Assembly (NCBI GenBank): GCA_038205315.1
Contig: JBBRBY010000004.1
Location: forward strand, 23,826-87,825
Direction: 5' to 3'
Length of the DNA stretch: 64,000 nt
DNA from: Gemmatimonadales bacterium
GTDB taxonomy: Bacteria > Gemmatimonadota > Gemmatimonadetes > Gemmatimonadales > Gemmatimonadaceae
In this document: one piece after another, positions 1 to 9,683 of the stretch
Numbering within the stretch: the stretch's first letter is position 1
Layout: every line of letters begins with the position of its first letter
Notes under the pieces: generated by a model
What the model was told of the DNA's origin: nothing
The model's input: the letters and a program-made list of their open reading frames with translations, nothing else
The model's database searches: none
Made by a program: the position numbers and the translations under genes

Positions 1-83
1 AATGTTTTCTTCATGGCCCGACTCTCCTGCACGGAAGGTGCCGCTGGTTGGACATTGTGTGGTGCTCCCATAGCTTACCCCGC

Positions 84-1217
84 ATGACTTCGAGTGATCA
101 TCTCAAGGTTCTGGTTGTCGCCGGCGCGCGCCCGAACTTCATGAAAGTAGCGCCCATCCTGCGCTCGCTGGATGCGGCTGGCCACGAATCCGTACTGGTC
201 CACACGGGCCAGCATTACGACGCGGCAATGTCGGACACGTTCTTCAAGGAGCTGGGCATCCGCACGCCCGAGTACCACTTGGGCGTCGGAACCGCGAGTC
301 ATGCCGTCCAGACAGCGCGGATAATGGAGGCGTTCGAGCCGGTGCTCGTCAAGGTGCATCCCCACTGGCTCCTGGTCGTGGGTGATGTGAATTCGACGAT
401 GGCAGCAACGCTGGTAGCGTCCAAGCTTCGCACGGAGACGCACGGACACATCGCACACGTCGAGGCGGGACTTCGCAGCAACGACCGGCGCATGCCTGAG
501 GAAATAAATCGCGTGGTGACCGACCGGCTGGCGGACCTGCTTCTCACGCCGTCCGAGGATGCCGCGCCGAATCTCATCGCCGAGGGCGTGCCGGCGTCGA
601 AGATCGTGTTCGTCGGAAACGTGATGATCGACACGCTCATGCAGCAACTACCGGTGGCACGAGCGACGGATACTCTCGAACGCCTGGGACTTCGACGAAA
701 GCACTACGTCGCGGCGACGCTGCACCGGCCATCAAATGTGGACGATGCGGCCTCGCTCAGTGCCGTGCTGGAAGGACTAGCGCTGGTCGCGGAATCGTTG
801 CCGGTGGTGCTCCCGCTGCATCCGCGAACGCTCAAGAACATCGAGCGATTCCACCTGCGGCCGATGCTGACACCACTGACGGTTCTCGAGCCACTTGGCT
901 ACACGGAGATGCTGGCCCTCACCGATGGTGCGCATTGCGTTCTCACAGACTCGGGCGGAATTCAGGAGGAAACAACCGCGCTGGGTGTTCCCTGCGTCAC
1001 CTTGCGCGAACAGACCGAGCGCCCGGTCACGATCATCCAGGGGACGAACCGCATGGCGCCGTGGCCCCTTTCGCCGCGCGGAATCCTCGATGCATACCTG
1101 GAATCCGTCGCCGCGGTCGGGCGCAATATGCCGCCACGTCCGGCTGGCTGGGACGGGCACGCGGCGGCTCGCATCGTGGACGCGCTCGTCACGCACCGCG
1201 CAGTCAAGCACTACTGA
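84..1217 (+). CDS. wecB: UDP-N-acetylglucosamine 2-epimerase (non-hydrolysing), WecB/MnaA family
   Basis: ORF 48..1217. Motifs KVLVVAGARPNFMKVAPI, HTGQHYD, GDVNST, HVEAGLRS and DSGGIQEE are typical of the 2-epimerase family. ATG at 84 preferred over TTG at 48. Confidence 0.9.
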   Translation: MTSSDHLKVLVVAGARPNFMKVAPILRSLDAAGHESVLVHTGQHYDAAMSDTFFKELGIRTPEYHLGVGTASHAVQTARIMEAFEPVLVKVHPHWLLVVGDVNSTMAATLVASKLRTETHGHIAHVEAGLRSNDRRMPEEINRVVTDRLADLLLTPSEDAAPNLIAEGVPASKIVFVGNVMIDTLMQQLPVARATDTLERLGLRRKHYVAATLHRPSNVDDAASLSAVLEGLALVAESLPVVLPLHPRTLKNIERFHLRPMLTPLTVLEPLGYTEMLALTDGAHCVLTDSGGIQEETTALGVPCVTLREQTERPVTIIQGTNRMAPWPLSPRGILDAYLESVAAVGRNMPPRPAGWDGHAAARIVDALVTHRAVKHY

Positions 1218-2554
1218 TCGGCCTCCGTTGTACGCTTCAGCTCTGCCCACCAGGCGAGTCGCTTCGCGATGTCCTTCTCGAAGCCGAACGGACCCGGTTC
1301 GTAGAACACTGACCCGCGAAGTTTCTCGGGTAGATATTCCTGTGGGATGTACGCGTCCTCGCTGTCGTGCGCGTACTTGTAGCCGGCGTGGTAGCCCAAC
1401 TCCTTCATGAGCTGCGTCGGTGCGTTGCGCACGTTCATTGGCGGACCCTCGCCCGGCGTCTCGCGGGCAGCTTCCATGGCTTTGCCGAGCGCGACGTACG
1501 ACGAGTTCGATTTCGGCGCCGTCGCAAGGTAGACCAGCATCTCGGCGAGAGGCAGGTAACCTTCCGGCGGACCGAGTACGTGATACGCGGTCCTTGCCGC
1601 GACGGCGAGTTGCAGAGCTTGGGGGTCGGCGACGCCGATGTCTTCCGCCGCCATCGCGATGCAGCGGCGGAAAATCGTCATCGGATCCTCGCCGCCCTCG
1701 ATCATGCGCGCCGCCCAGTAGAGCGCCGCATCGGGGTCGCTGCCGCGCAAGCTCTTGTGCAGTGCCGACAGCAGGTTGAAGTGCGCCTCGCCGCTCTTGT
1801 CGTGCAGCGCGAAGCGCTTCTGAAGGGCGTCCCGCACTGTATCGACCGTGATCTCGCCGTCGTCGCCCACGTCGGACGCCGACGCTTCGAGCGCGGTGAG
1901 TGCGCGACGCGCGTCACCGTCGCTCTCGCGCGCGAGCACGGCGCGAGCGTCCGGTGTCATTTTAATGCGCCGGGATCCGAGGCCGCGTTCGGAGTCCGAC
2001 AGCGCGCGATCGATCACCGCGGCCAGGTCTCCTTCGGTGAGCGACTCCAGGACGAACACACGCATCCGCGAGAGCAAAGCGCCATTGACCTCGAAGGATG
2101 GGTTCTCCGTCGTCGCACCGATCAGCGTGATGGTGCCCTGCTCCACATGCGGAAGAAACGCATCCTGTTGCGCACGGTTGAAGCGGTGAATCTCGTCGAC
2201 GAAAAGGATCGTGGGGCGGCCGAGCTGAAGTCGCTCCGCCGCCTCCGCGACAATCTCGCGCACGCGTGGTACGCCTTCGGTCACTGCGGAGAACGGAACG
2301 AATTCCGAATCCGTGTATTGCGCGATGATGCGGCCTAGCGTCGTCTTCCCGGTGCCAGGCGGTCCCCAGAAAATCATCGACCCCACAGTGCCGCGTTCGA
2401 TGGCGGTACGCAATGGCTTCCCGCTGCCCAGGAGATGCTCCTGACCGATGAACCCATCCAGCGACTGCGGCCGCATACGCGCGGCGAGTGGCTGCGTGGA
2501 TGACGGTGCGGCGAACAACGAGGGCTCTGGTTTCTTCCGGTGCGGCTTGGGCAT
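1211..2554 (-). CDS. rarA: Replication-associated recombination protein A (AAA+ ATPase RarA/MgsA)
   Basis: 447 aa. Walker A GPPGTGKTTLGRIIA, Walker B ILFVDEIHRFN, and a C-terminal MgsA helical domain (SALHKSLRGSDPDAALYW). The 3' end overlaps the wecB 3' end by 7 nt (convergent). Confidence 0.9.
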   Translation of the reverse strand: MPKPHRKKPEPSLFAAPSSTQPLAARMRPQSLDGFIGQEHLLGSGKPLRTAIERGTVGSMIFWGPPGTGKTTLGRIIAQYTDSEFVPFSAVTEGVPRVREIVAEAAERLQLGRPTILFVDEIHRFNRAQQDAFLPHVEQGTITLIGATTENPSFEVNGALLSRMRVFVLESLTEGDLAAVIDRALSDSERGLGSRRIKMTPDARAVLARESDGDARRALTALEASASDVGDDGEITVDTVRDALQKRFALHDKSGEAHFNLLSALHKSLRGSDPDAALYWAARMIEGGEDPMTIFRRCIAMAAEDIGVADPQALQLAVAARTAYHVLGPPEGYLPLAEMLVYLATAPKSNSSYVALGKAMEAARETPGEGPPMNVRNAPTQLMKELGYHAGYKYAHDSEDAYIPQEYLPEKLRGSVFYEPGPFGFEKDIAKRLAWWAELKRTTEADQ

Positions 2555-2565
2555 GTTGGGGGCTG

Positions 2566-3285
2566 TTATGCCAACGCCAGCAGCGCATGTCCCGCACCGA
2601 ACACAATGCAGCCGCCGAAGAAGGCGACCGGTAGTCGCCAGTCGTGCTTGTGTTGAAACTCCGGCACCAGGTTCGAGGCAGCAACATAGACCGTCACTCC
2701 GCCCGAAAGCGCCAGGCCGTACTCGGAAAGCGGCGCGATGACTTCCGTGAGCATCGCTCCGGCGACGGTCACCAGGCCCAGCAAGGCGGCGGCTCCGAGT
2801 GCCTTGCCGCGTCCGAAGCCGGCGGCGATGAACAGCGTGGATACCGTCGATCCTTCAGGAAGCTTGTGGAGAATGATCGCCGCCACGACGAGGATGCCCA
2901 CTGTCGTACCGGCCGCAAAGCCACTCGCTATCGCCACGCCGTCCATCAACATGTGCAGCATGAGACCGATCAGCGCGGAGATTCCCACAGCGCGCGTAAC
3001 GTGGTGCGTCTCCTCGCCAAAGTGAAAGTGTGGAACCAGCGTATGCTGCGTGAGATGCACGGCAAGATATCCCGCCAGCACCATCCATCCTGCCGTGATG
3101 CCGTGCGCGGTGATCGCATCCGGAATCATGTCCACGACAGCCACGGAAATCATGAAACCGCCGGAGAACGCTATCATCACGTCGATGTCCCGCGCGCTCC
3201 ACACGCGACGACCCGTTACGAGCGCTGCACCGACCACGTTCGCGAGCGCCGCTACGACGGCCGCTATGAGAGCGGCGATATTCAC
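2566..3285 (-). CDS. ZIP-family divalent metal permease (ZupT-like)
   Basis: ORF 2566..3603, but the first 106 codons are Arg/Ala-rich and overlap the upstream gene. In-frame GTG at 3285 overlaps the upstream stop (GTGA). Polytopic membrane protein with LHMLMDGVAIASG and HKLPEG motifs characteristic of ZIP transporters. Confidence 0.8.
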   Translation of the reverse strand: MNIAALIAAVVAALANVVGAALVTGRRVWSARDIDVMIAFSGGFMISVAVVDMIPDAITAHGITAGWMVLAGYLAVHLTQHTLVPHFHFGEETHHVTRAVGISALIGLMLHMLMDGVAIASGFAAGTTVGILVVAAIILHKLPEGSTVSTLFIAAGFGRGKALGAAALLGLVTVAGAMLTEVIAPLSEYGLALSGGVTVYVAASNLVPEFQHKHDWRLPVAFFGGCIVFGAGHALLALA

Positions 3286-3815
3286 GCTATGGCGCTGAGC
3301 GAGAGCCGCTCCGCCGCCGCGGCGAGCGCTGCGGACAGCACCGGAGCAGGAGCGCGATCCCACGGCTGCCCGCGCCACGCCTTTTCGGCGACGGCCCGGT
3401 ACTGCTCGAGACCGCGCGCCTGGAGCAGATACAGCCAGCGATCGCTGTGCCCATACGCGTAGAGATCTAGCTGCGCGGTGAGCGACAGCTGATCGTCGGG
3501 CGTGAAGATCGAGATATCCACGCCCGCGTAAGTCGCTAGCGGAATCTTTAGCCGCGCAATGACGTCGCGCACGTCGGGCAGAGCGATATCGGTACCGCCC
3601 CAAGCTTCGCCGGTGCGCCGATTCGAGAGAGACACGTCAACCGCGGGCGGTAGATGCTCGGTGAGAACGTACATGAGATCGACGGCGCGCTCGGCGTTCG
3701 TGGCAACATGCGCCTCGAAGTGCCCTTCGGGAGACTCCTCGAACGTGAACCCGTCCTGGCCGGACCTGAACCGTCGCCAAACCGTGACGTGCTGTGTCCT
3801 TCCACGAAAGATCAC
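3282..3815 (-). CDS. Hypothetical protein (177 aa), no family recognised
   Basis: Clean ORF filling the gap between cca and the ZIP gene. GTGA overlaps at both ends (3812-3815 and 3282-3285). Balanced amino acid composition, unlike the Arg-rich shadow ORFs in the other frames. Confidence 0.55.
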   Translation of the reverse strand: MIFRGRTQHVTVWRRFRSGQDGFTFEESPEGHFEAHVATNAERAVDLMYVLTEHLPPAVDVSLSNRRTGEAWGGTDIALPDVRDVIARLKIPLATYAGVDISIFTPDDQLSLTAQLDLYAYGHSDRWLYLLQARGLEQYRAVAEKAWRGQPWDRAPAPVLSAALAAAAERLSLSAIA

Positions 3816-5095
3816 AACATTGCCTCCGCACGGCGCATCAGGTCCTCACGCGTATTTCGCGCTGGGTCTTCCAGAACGTACTGCAGAAGAGCACGGAGCG
3901 TATTTCCCAGTCGCTTCCCGGTGATCCCGGCCTCCAAAAGGTCTTTGCCATTGACGGCGAGATCCGACACTTCCACCGGATCACGATACGCGATGAGTAC
4001 GGCGCGTCTGTAGACAGACTCCACCCGCGAGCGGCTCGGCGCATTCCTGCCGATTTCTCGCTCGGCCCACCAGTGCGCATCCGCAAGCCTCAGGAGCGGC
4101 GGAAGACGCGTCCGTCCGGCTCGGCCGGCCCAGCCGCGCAGTACCGCATCCTCCGGTGCTTCGGTCTGCATCATCGCCTCGCGCATACTCCGCCCCATGT
4201 CGTGCCACCGATCCACGAGGCCGGCGATCCAGCCGGCGTCGGCGTTGGAGAACCGAAGTGCCTTGAGAGTCGCCAGAACCGTACCAGGCCGTGCCGCCGA
4301 GAACAGCCCCGCAAGACGCGCCTGCAATCGCTGCGGGCGGCGCCGGAGCAGCGGCATGCGGAGATGATCGAGCGCCAGCAACTCGGTGTCCGTGATGCCG
4401 GCGAGTGACGGTATCAGCTCGCTAAGCGCGCCGCTGTCCCGCCACATCCTGAAGGCTCCGCTCGGTCGCGCAACCTGCGTCATCGTCTTTATTATCTCCT
4501 GTTGGACGCGCTCAGGCGACAGCCGGCCCAGATGTGGCGCGCTTGCGACGATCGACTGCCACGTTGCCGCGTCCACCGTGAAGTCGAACCGCGTTGCAAA
4601 CCGGATTGCGCGAAGGGCACGAAGCCGGTCCTCGCGCATTCGTTCCTTCGCAACTCCAACAGCGCGCAATGTTCGGGACTCTATGTCGGCGCGGCCGTCG
4701 AATGGGTCCCGCAACTCGTCCCGCGAGGGGGAATACGCGATCGCGTTGATCGTGAAGTCACGCCGGGCCAGGTCCTCGTCCAGCGATTCGCCGAACCGCA
4801 CGACCGCGTGGCGTCCGTCCGTTTCCACATCAGCCCTGAACGTCGTGACTTCGTGCATGACGTTGTCCTCGTCCAGCACACCAACGGTGCCGAACTCGAT
4901 CCCCACCGGTACTGTGCGGCGAAACAATCTGCGCACCTGCTGCGGCCTTGCGCTCGTGGTCAGATCCCAGTCCAGGTTGGGGATGCGGAGGAGCGCGTCT
5001 CGCACGCCACCGCCAACACACCACGCCTCGAAACCCGCGTCCTCGAGCACGCGCGTGATGGCGACGACGTTCTGCGGCGGCTGAAGCAGAGGCAT
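3812..5095 (-). CDS. cca: CCA-adding tRNA nucleotidyltransferase / poly(A) polymerase family protein
   Basis: GGGVRDALL and RDFTINA head-domain motifs near the N-terminus, followed by a long helical body/tail domain. ATG at 5095 preferred over TTG at 5101. Confidence 0.85.
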   Translation of the reverse strand: MPLLQPPQNVVAITRVLEDAGFEAWCVGGGVRDALLRIPNLDWDLTTSARPQQVRRLFRRTVPVGIEFGTVGVLDEDNVMHEVTTFRADVETDGRHAVVRFGESLDEDLARRDFTINAIAYSPSRDELRDPFDGRADIESRTLRAVGVAKERMREDRLRALRAIRFATRFDFTVDAATWQSIVASAPHLGRLSPERVQQEIIKTMTQVARPSGAFRMWRDSGALSELIPSLAGITDTELLALDHLRMPLLRRRPQRLQARLAGLFSAARPGTVLATLKALRFSNADAGWIAGLVDRWHDMGRSMREAMMQTEAPEDAVLRGWAGRAGRTRLPPLLRLADAHWWAEREIGRNAPSRSRVESVYRRAVLIAYRDPVEVSDLAVNGKDLLEAGITGKRLGNTLRALLQYVLEDPARNTREDLMRRAEAML

Positions 5096-5101
5096 CGCCA
5101 A

Positions 5102-6070
5102 TCAGGCTGCGAAGAGCGTCCGAAGATCCGCATCGTCAGCACTCCCACCCAGCGCTAGCATGAGATCGATGCGCGCCTGCTGCGGTCGCCTGGACCCCGC
5201 CAGGATGGCGCCGAGGTCCTCTAGGGTGCGCCCGCCACCAGGATACGCGTACGTGTGACCCACTCTTCCGCCGCCCGTTCGGGACGTGATGACCACAGGT
5301 TTGCCCTCGGCGATGTATCGCCCGATGCCGGGTATCATTTCGGGCGGTACGTTTCCGCGACCCATCGCCGCGATGACCGCACCGCGTGATTCGGCGCGCA
5401 CCGCATCCAGCAATCTCGAATCCGCTCCCGCGACAGCGAAGAACACGTCGACCGGAGTGGCGGGCGCGTCCGGTACGATCGCCGGAAGCGCCCGAGGCAG
5501 CTCGCGCCGGAAGATCACCTCGCCCTCGTCGAGGTAGCCGATCGGGCCCAGTCCCGGACTCTCAAATGCATCAAGCAGCTGAGTGTTGGATTTGGTTACA
5601 TCGAGCGCGGTGAATATCTGGCCGCTCAGCACCACCATGACACCCTGTCCGACGGAAACGGGGTTCGCCGCCACATGTACAGCTTCGAAAAGATTGGCCG
5701 GCCCGTCCCAGCCAAGATCGCTCTGCGTCCGCATCGCTCCCGTAAACACTACGGGTTTCGCGGGACTGAGTGACCGCGCCGCCATGTATGCAGATTCCTC
5801 GAGCGTATCAGTTCCGTGCGTGACCACGACACCGCGCACTTCATCGCGCGAGAGATGCTCCGCGATCCTGTTTCGGAGCGCCCACATGCGCTCTATGGAC
5901 ATGTGCGGCCCGGGAAAGTGTCCCCAATCCTCGGTCTCCACTGCGCTCGTGCTGTCGATGCCCTGCGTCGCCCTAACGATCTCGGCACCGGATAGCGCGG
6001 GTGTGTTGCCCCGGGCCACAGGATCGTTGCGCATAGCGATCGTGCCGCCCGTGAACAGGATCACTATCAC
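5102..6070 (-). CDS. ansA: L-asparaginase (type I-like)
   Basis: FTGGTIAM and HGTDTLEESAY catalytic threonine motifs. The ORF runs to 6163, but the GTG at 6070 gives a canonical N-terminus (VIVILFTGGTIAM) and overlaps the upstream stop (GTGA). Confidence 0.85.
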   Translation of the reverse strand: MIVILFTGGTIAMRNDPVARGNTPALSGAEIVRATQGIDSTSAVETEDWGHFPGPHMSIERMWALRNRIAEHLSRDEVRGVVVTHGTDTLEESAYMAARSLSPAKPVVFTGAMRTQSDLGWDGPANLFEAVHVAANPVSVGQGVMVVLSGQIFTALDVTKSNTQLLDAFESPGLGPIGYLDEGEVIFRRELPRALPAIVPDAPATPVDVFFAVAGADSRLLDAVRAESRGAVIAAMGRGNVPPEMIPGIGRYIAEGKPVVITSRTGGGRVGHTYAYPGGGRTLEDLGAILAGSRRPQQARIDLMLALGGSADDADLRTLFAA

Positions 6071-6405
6071 GGGGAGGTCGCCTTCCCTACCCGACCGAGC
6101 CGCTCCATGATGGAATTCGTGGCTTCGTCCATGTCGGTGCCTGCGATCGCAAACAGCTCGCACGCGTGTGTGACGAGCGCATCAACGGTCAGCAACCCGG
6201 GCGCCGCCCAGCGAGTGTCGCAGCCACGCGCGAGCAGGACGCTGAGTTCCGCGGCAGCTGCATCCACGAGGACGGGTGCAGCGGATTCTACGGGAATGTC
6301 GCGCCACCCGTCCGGCAACGATGCGCGCATCCGGATCGCGAGATCGGCCGGTGCGGCCGATAGCGCAGCATCCATCCACTCGCCCAACGGTTCCATCGAA
6401 CTCAC
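6067..6405 (-). CDS. Hypothetical protein (112 aa), no family recognised
   Basis: ORF exactly bridging the alaS stop (GTGA at 6402-6405) and the asparaginase start (GTGA at 6067-6070). Alternative ATG start at 6396. Ala/Leu/Asp-rich, apparently helical. Confidence 0.5.
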   Translation of the reverse strand: MSSMEPLGEWMDAALSAAPADLAIRMRASLPDGWRDIPVESAAPVLVDAAAAELSVLLARGCDTRWAAPGLLTVDALVTHACELFAIAGTDMDEATNSIMERLGRVGKATSP

Positions 6406-9119
6406 GCGACCTGCTCCGCGACAATCGCCGCGGCGCGAGCCAGCACCTGCGCGAACATCGCCGCATCCGGAATGCCTCCCTGTGCCAGCGCCGGCTTGCC
6501 ACCGCCGCGACCTCCGAATTCCTGAGCCAATGTCTTCACGATGACGTCAGCTCTCGCGCCACGAGCCCGCGCAGTCTCGCCGGCCGCCACCACGAGCGCG
6601 TTCTTCCCGCCTTCCATGGCACTCACCAGTACCAGGATCAATTCCGGCGTGCTGTCGCGCGCAGCCTCGGCAAGCTCCTGCAGCATTTTTGCGTCGCCCA
6701 GCGAAACCTCGCGCGTTACGAGCCTGAGTCCGCCCACGGAGGCGGCACCGTCAAGCAACTCGTGCAGCGGGCTGCCAGCCGCCGTCGCGCTACCGCGCAT
6801 CAGCTCAGCGACACGCCGTTCCAGCGCGCGCCGCTCCTCCATGAGCGACTGCACTCGCCGCACCAGCGTCGCCGGCGACGCTTTCACCACGTCGCCCAGG
6901 TTCTCGAGCACATGCTCTCTCCCCCGGTCCGCATCGTATGCCCGCGTGCCGGTTATCGCCTCGATCCTGCGAACCCCCGCGGCGATGCCGGACTCGCTCA
7001 CGATGCTGAATCGGCCGATCTCCGCGGTGTTTCGCACGTGCGTTCCGCCGCAAAGCTCCGTGGAAAGCAAGGGAATGTCCACCACGCGCACGACGTCGCC
7101 GTACTTCTCTCCGAACAGTGCCATCGCGCCTGTGGCTACGGCTTCCTTGTACGGCCGCTCCGTGGTCGTGACCGGGGTCGCAGAAAGTACGCCACGATTC
7201 ACGATGTCCTCCAAACGGCCGATCTGCTCTGGTGTCATCGGGCCTGTATGACTGAAATCAAACCGCAGCCTGTCAGGCGCCACAAGTGATCCGGCCTGAT
7301 GAACGTGGTCACCCAGCACCTCGCGCAATGCGGCATGGAGCAGATGGGTTGCCGTGTGATTTCGTTCCGTGTCGAGCCGTGTCATTCGCGGTACTCGCGC
7401 GCGCACGCGGCCGCGAGCGACGGAACCCTGTGCCGTTCCGATCGCGACCGGCTTGCCATCCAGCTTGCGAACGTCCTCCACCGACACGCGCCAACCGCCC
7501 CCTTCTATCTCTCCGGTGTCGGACACCTGCCCGCCCGACTCGGCATAGAACGGCGACTCGCGCAACACTACCGCAACTCTGCCGTCACTGAGCGTGCGCA
7601 CGCCGATCGCTTCGGTGTCGCTCTCAATCGCGCCGTATCCGATGAAGCTGCTGGCCGATATCACGTCGCTTAGCGAGGACTCGACATCCGTCCACGCAGA
7701 GGCATCACCAAGATCGTCGGCGGCAACTCCCAGCTTGCGAGACTTCCGCTCCTCCTGGGATTGGGTCCGCTGAGCATTGAGCGATCGCTCGAAGCCGGGA
7801 ATGTCAACCAGGTACCCGCGCTCTCGTGCCATGAGCTCCGTGAGGTCGATCGGGAACCCGTACGTATCGTACAACTTGAACGCGTCCTCGCCGGCGATGC
7901 TGCGCTCCTGCGTCGTCGCGGGCGGCGCGAGCTCGTCGAAGCGCTGCATCCCGCCAGCGATCGTCGCAAGGAACCGTTCCTCCTCGGCGCGTGTCGTGTC
8001 CAGGATGTGCCGCCGGCGCTGCTCAAGCTCCGGATACACAGCGCTCATTGTCGAAATCACTTCCTCCACAACGCGAGTCAACGTCGGCTCGCGGCGACCG
8101 AGCAGCCACGCGTACCGCACACCACGGCGAAGGATTCGCCGAAGCACGTAACCGCGTCCATCGTTCGACGGATACACGCCGTCAGCGAGCAGGAATCCGA
8201 TCGATCGCGCGTGGTCCGCAATCACGCGCATCGCCGCGATTCTCTGTTCCGGATCGGCTATGTCACCCTTCCCGGTCTGCGCTTCCACTGCCGCGATCAA
8301 CGGTGCGAACAGATCAGTGTCGAAGTTGTTCGCGACACCCTGCATCACGGCGGCGATCCGTTCCAGGCCGGCACCCGTGTCCACGGACGGCCGCGGCAGA
8401 GGCGACAGTGAGCCATCCTGCTGCCGATCGAACTGCATGAACACCAGATTCCAGATCTCCACGAAGCGGCCCGCCTCGGCGGCTTCCACGAATGCGTGGG
8501 TAGCGAACTCTGTTACGCCGGGATCTGTCCATGCGCCGGCGGCGCCTGTGGGAGCGCGCCAGTCCGCGGCGATGCGTGCAAGATCCACGTAGATCTCCGT
8601 GCACGGACCGCACGGTCCGGTGTCCGCCATCTGCCAGAAGTTGTCCTTCTCGCCGAGGCCGAAGATGTGATCGTCTCTAAGACCGGCGACCTCCTTCCAC
8701 AGTGAGCGCGCTTCCGAATCGTCGCGGAACACGGTAACTCGGAGAACCTCGGGCGAGAGTCCCAGCTCGCGGGTCACAAAGTTCCACGCAAATTCGATGG
8801 CTTCACGCTTGAAGTAATCGCCGAACGAGAAGTTCCCGAGCATCTCGAAAAACGTGTGGTGCCGTGCGGTGTGACCGACCTGCTCGAGATCATTGTGCTT
8901 GCCACCAGCCCGCACGCACTTCTGCACGGTGGTCGCACGCCTCGTCGGCGTCGGCGGCTCAGCGCTACCTAGAAAGACTTGCTTGAACGGCACCATGCCC
9001 GCGTTCGTGAAAAGCAGCGTGGGGTCGTCAGTCGGGACAAGCGACGAGCTCGGCAGGATCCGGTGTCCCTCGCGCTCGAAGAACTGCAGGAACCGGGAGC
9101 GAATTTCAGACGATAGCAT
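6402..9119 (-). CDS. alaS: Alanine--tRNA ligase
   Basis: 905 aa. Class II AlaRS N-terminus (FLQFFEREGH, TNAGMVPFK), editing-domain HTATHLLH and CGGTHV metal motifs, and a C-terminal DHHA1-like domain. Confidence 0.95.
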   Translation of the reverse strand: MLSSEIRSRFLQFFEREGHRILPSSSLVPTDDPTLLFTNAGMVPFKQVFLGSAEPPTPTRRATTVQKCVRAGGKHNDLEQVGHTARHHTFFEMLGNFSFGDYFKREAIEFAWNFVTRELGLSPEVLRVTVFRDDSEARSLWKEVAGLRDDHIFGLGEKDNFWQMADTGPCGPCTEIYVDLARIAADWRAPTGAAGAWTDPGVTEFATHAFVEAAEAGRFVEIWNLVFMQFDRQQDGSLSPLPRPSVDTGAGLERIAAVMQGVANNFDTDLFAPLIAAVEAQTGKGDIADPEQRIAAMRVIADHARSIGFLLADGVYPSNDGRGYVLRRILRRGVRYAWLLGRREPTLTRVVEEVISTMSAVYPELEQRRRHILDTTRAEEERFLATIAGGMQRFDELAPPATTQERSIAGEDAFKLYDTYGFPIDLTELMARERGYLVDIPGFERSLNAQRTQSQEERKSRKLGVAADDLGDASAWTDVESSLSDVISASSFIGYGAIESDTEAIGVRTLSDGRVAVVLRESPFYAESGGQVSDTGEIEGGGWRVSVEDVRKLDGKPVAIGTAQGSVARGRVRARVPRMTRLDTERNHTATHLLHAALREVLGDHVHQAGSLVAPDRLRFDFSHTGPMTPEQIGRLEDIVNRGVLSATPVTTTERPYKEAVATGAMALFGEKYGDVVRVVDIPLLSTELCGGTHVRNTAEIGRFSIVSESGIAAGVRRIEAITGTRAYDADRGREHVLENLGDVVKASPATLVRRVQSLMEERRALERRVAELMRGSATAAGSPLHELLDGAASVGGLRLVTREVSLGDAKMLQELAEAARDSTPELILVLVSAMEGGKNALVVAAGETARARGARADVIVKTLAQEFGGRGGGKPALAQGGIPDAAMFAQVLARAAAIVAEQVA

Positions 9120-9200
9120 ATAGCCCTGAAATATAGACGTGGCTGTACCAGCATCTCGCGCGGGGACGAGATCTCGTGCGGCTGGCGGAAACTGGCCGGG

Positions 9201-9683
9201 CTACGGCGCCGCGTCCTTCCCCAACGCGGCCATGGCGTCGCGTATCTCATTGACGTCGTAGCCGCGGCGAGCGAGAAACGCGAACAGCCGGCGTTTCAGG
9301 ACGACCGGTTCCAGTTCACCCATGGACGCGAGCTTCTTCCGCGCAACCTTCGCAAGCACCGCTCGCGTGTCCACGTTCTCCTCGTCGATCACCGAAGCGA
9401 TCGCTTCCCGGGATATCTCGGTGCTAACGCCGCGTCGGTTCAGGTCCTGACCGATCCTTCGAGCCGACGCTCCAGGGCCGAGCAGCTTCGATCGGGTGTA
9501 CGCCAGGGCGTAGCGCGAATCGTCAAGTAGCCCGGCGCCGACGAGCCGTTCGATTACCGCGTCAACTTCAGCGGCGGGGATCTCCTTCTGGATGAGCTTT
9601 CGCCGGAGCTGCCGGATGGAGTAGGGGCGCGCGGAGAGGAGGCCGAGCGCGCGATTGTATGGTGACTGCGCCACAGGTGTCAT
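9201..9683 (-). CDS. recX: Recombination regulator RecX
   Basis: 160-aa helical-repeat protein (ALGLLSARPYSIRQLRRKL, ALAYTRSKL, ARRGYD) in the canonical position immediately downstream of recA. Confidence 0.85.
   Translation of the reverse strand: MTPVAQSPYNRALGLLSARPYSIRQLRRKLIQKEIPAAEVDAVIERLVGAGLLDDSRYALAYTRSKLLGPGASARRIGQDLNRRGVSTEISREAIASVIDEENVDTRAVLAKVARKKLASMGELEPVVLKRRLFAFLARRGYDVNEIRDAMAALGKDAAP

Noticed and set aside
2566-3603. Long N-terminal extensions in the ORF track (for example ZIP to 3603, ansA to 6163, recA to 11007, ftsK to 14276, accB to 17946, aroQ to 19672, tsaB to 42807, wbpD to 63433)
   Set aside because: The extensions are Arg-rich, overlap the upstream gene and precede canonical family N-termini. 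Internal ATG/GTG starts with ribosome-binding sites or 4-nt overlaps fit better.
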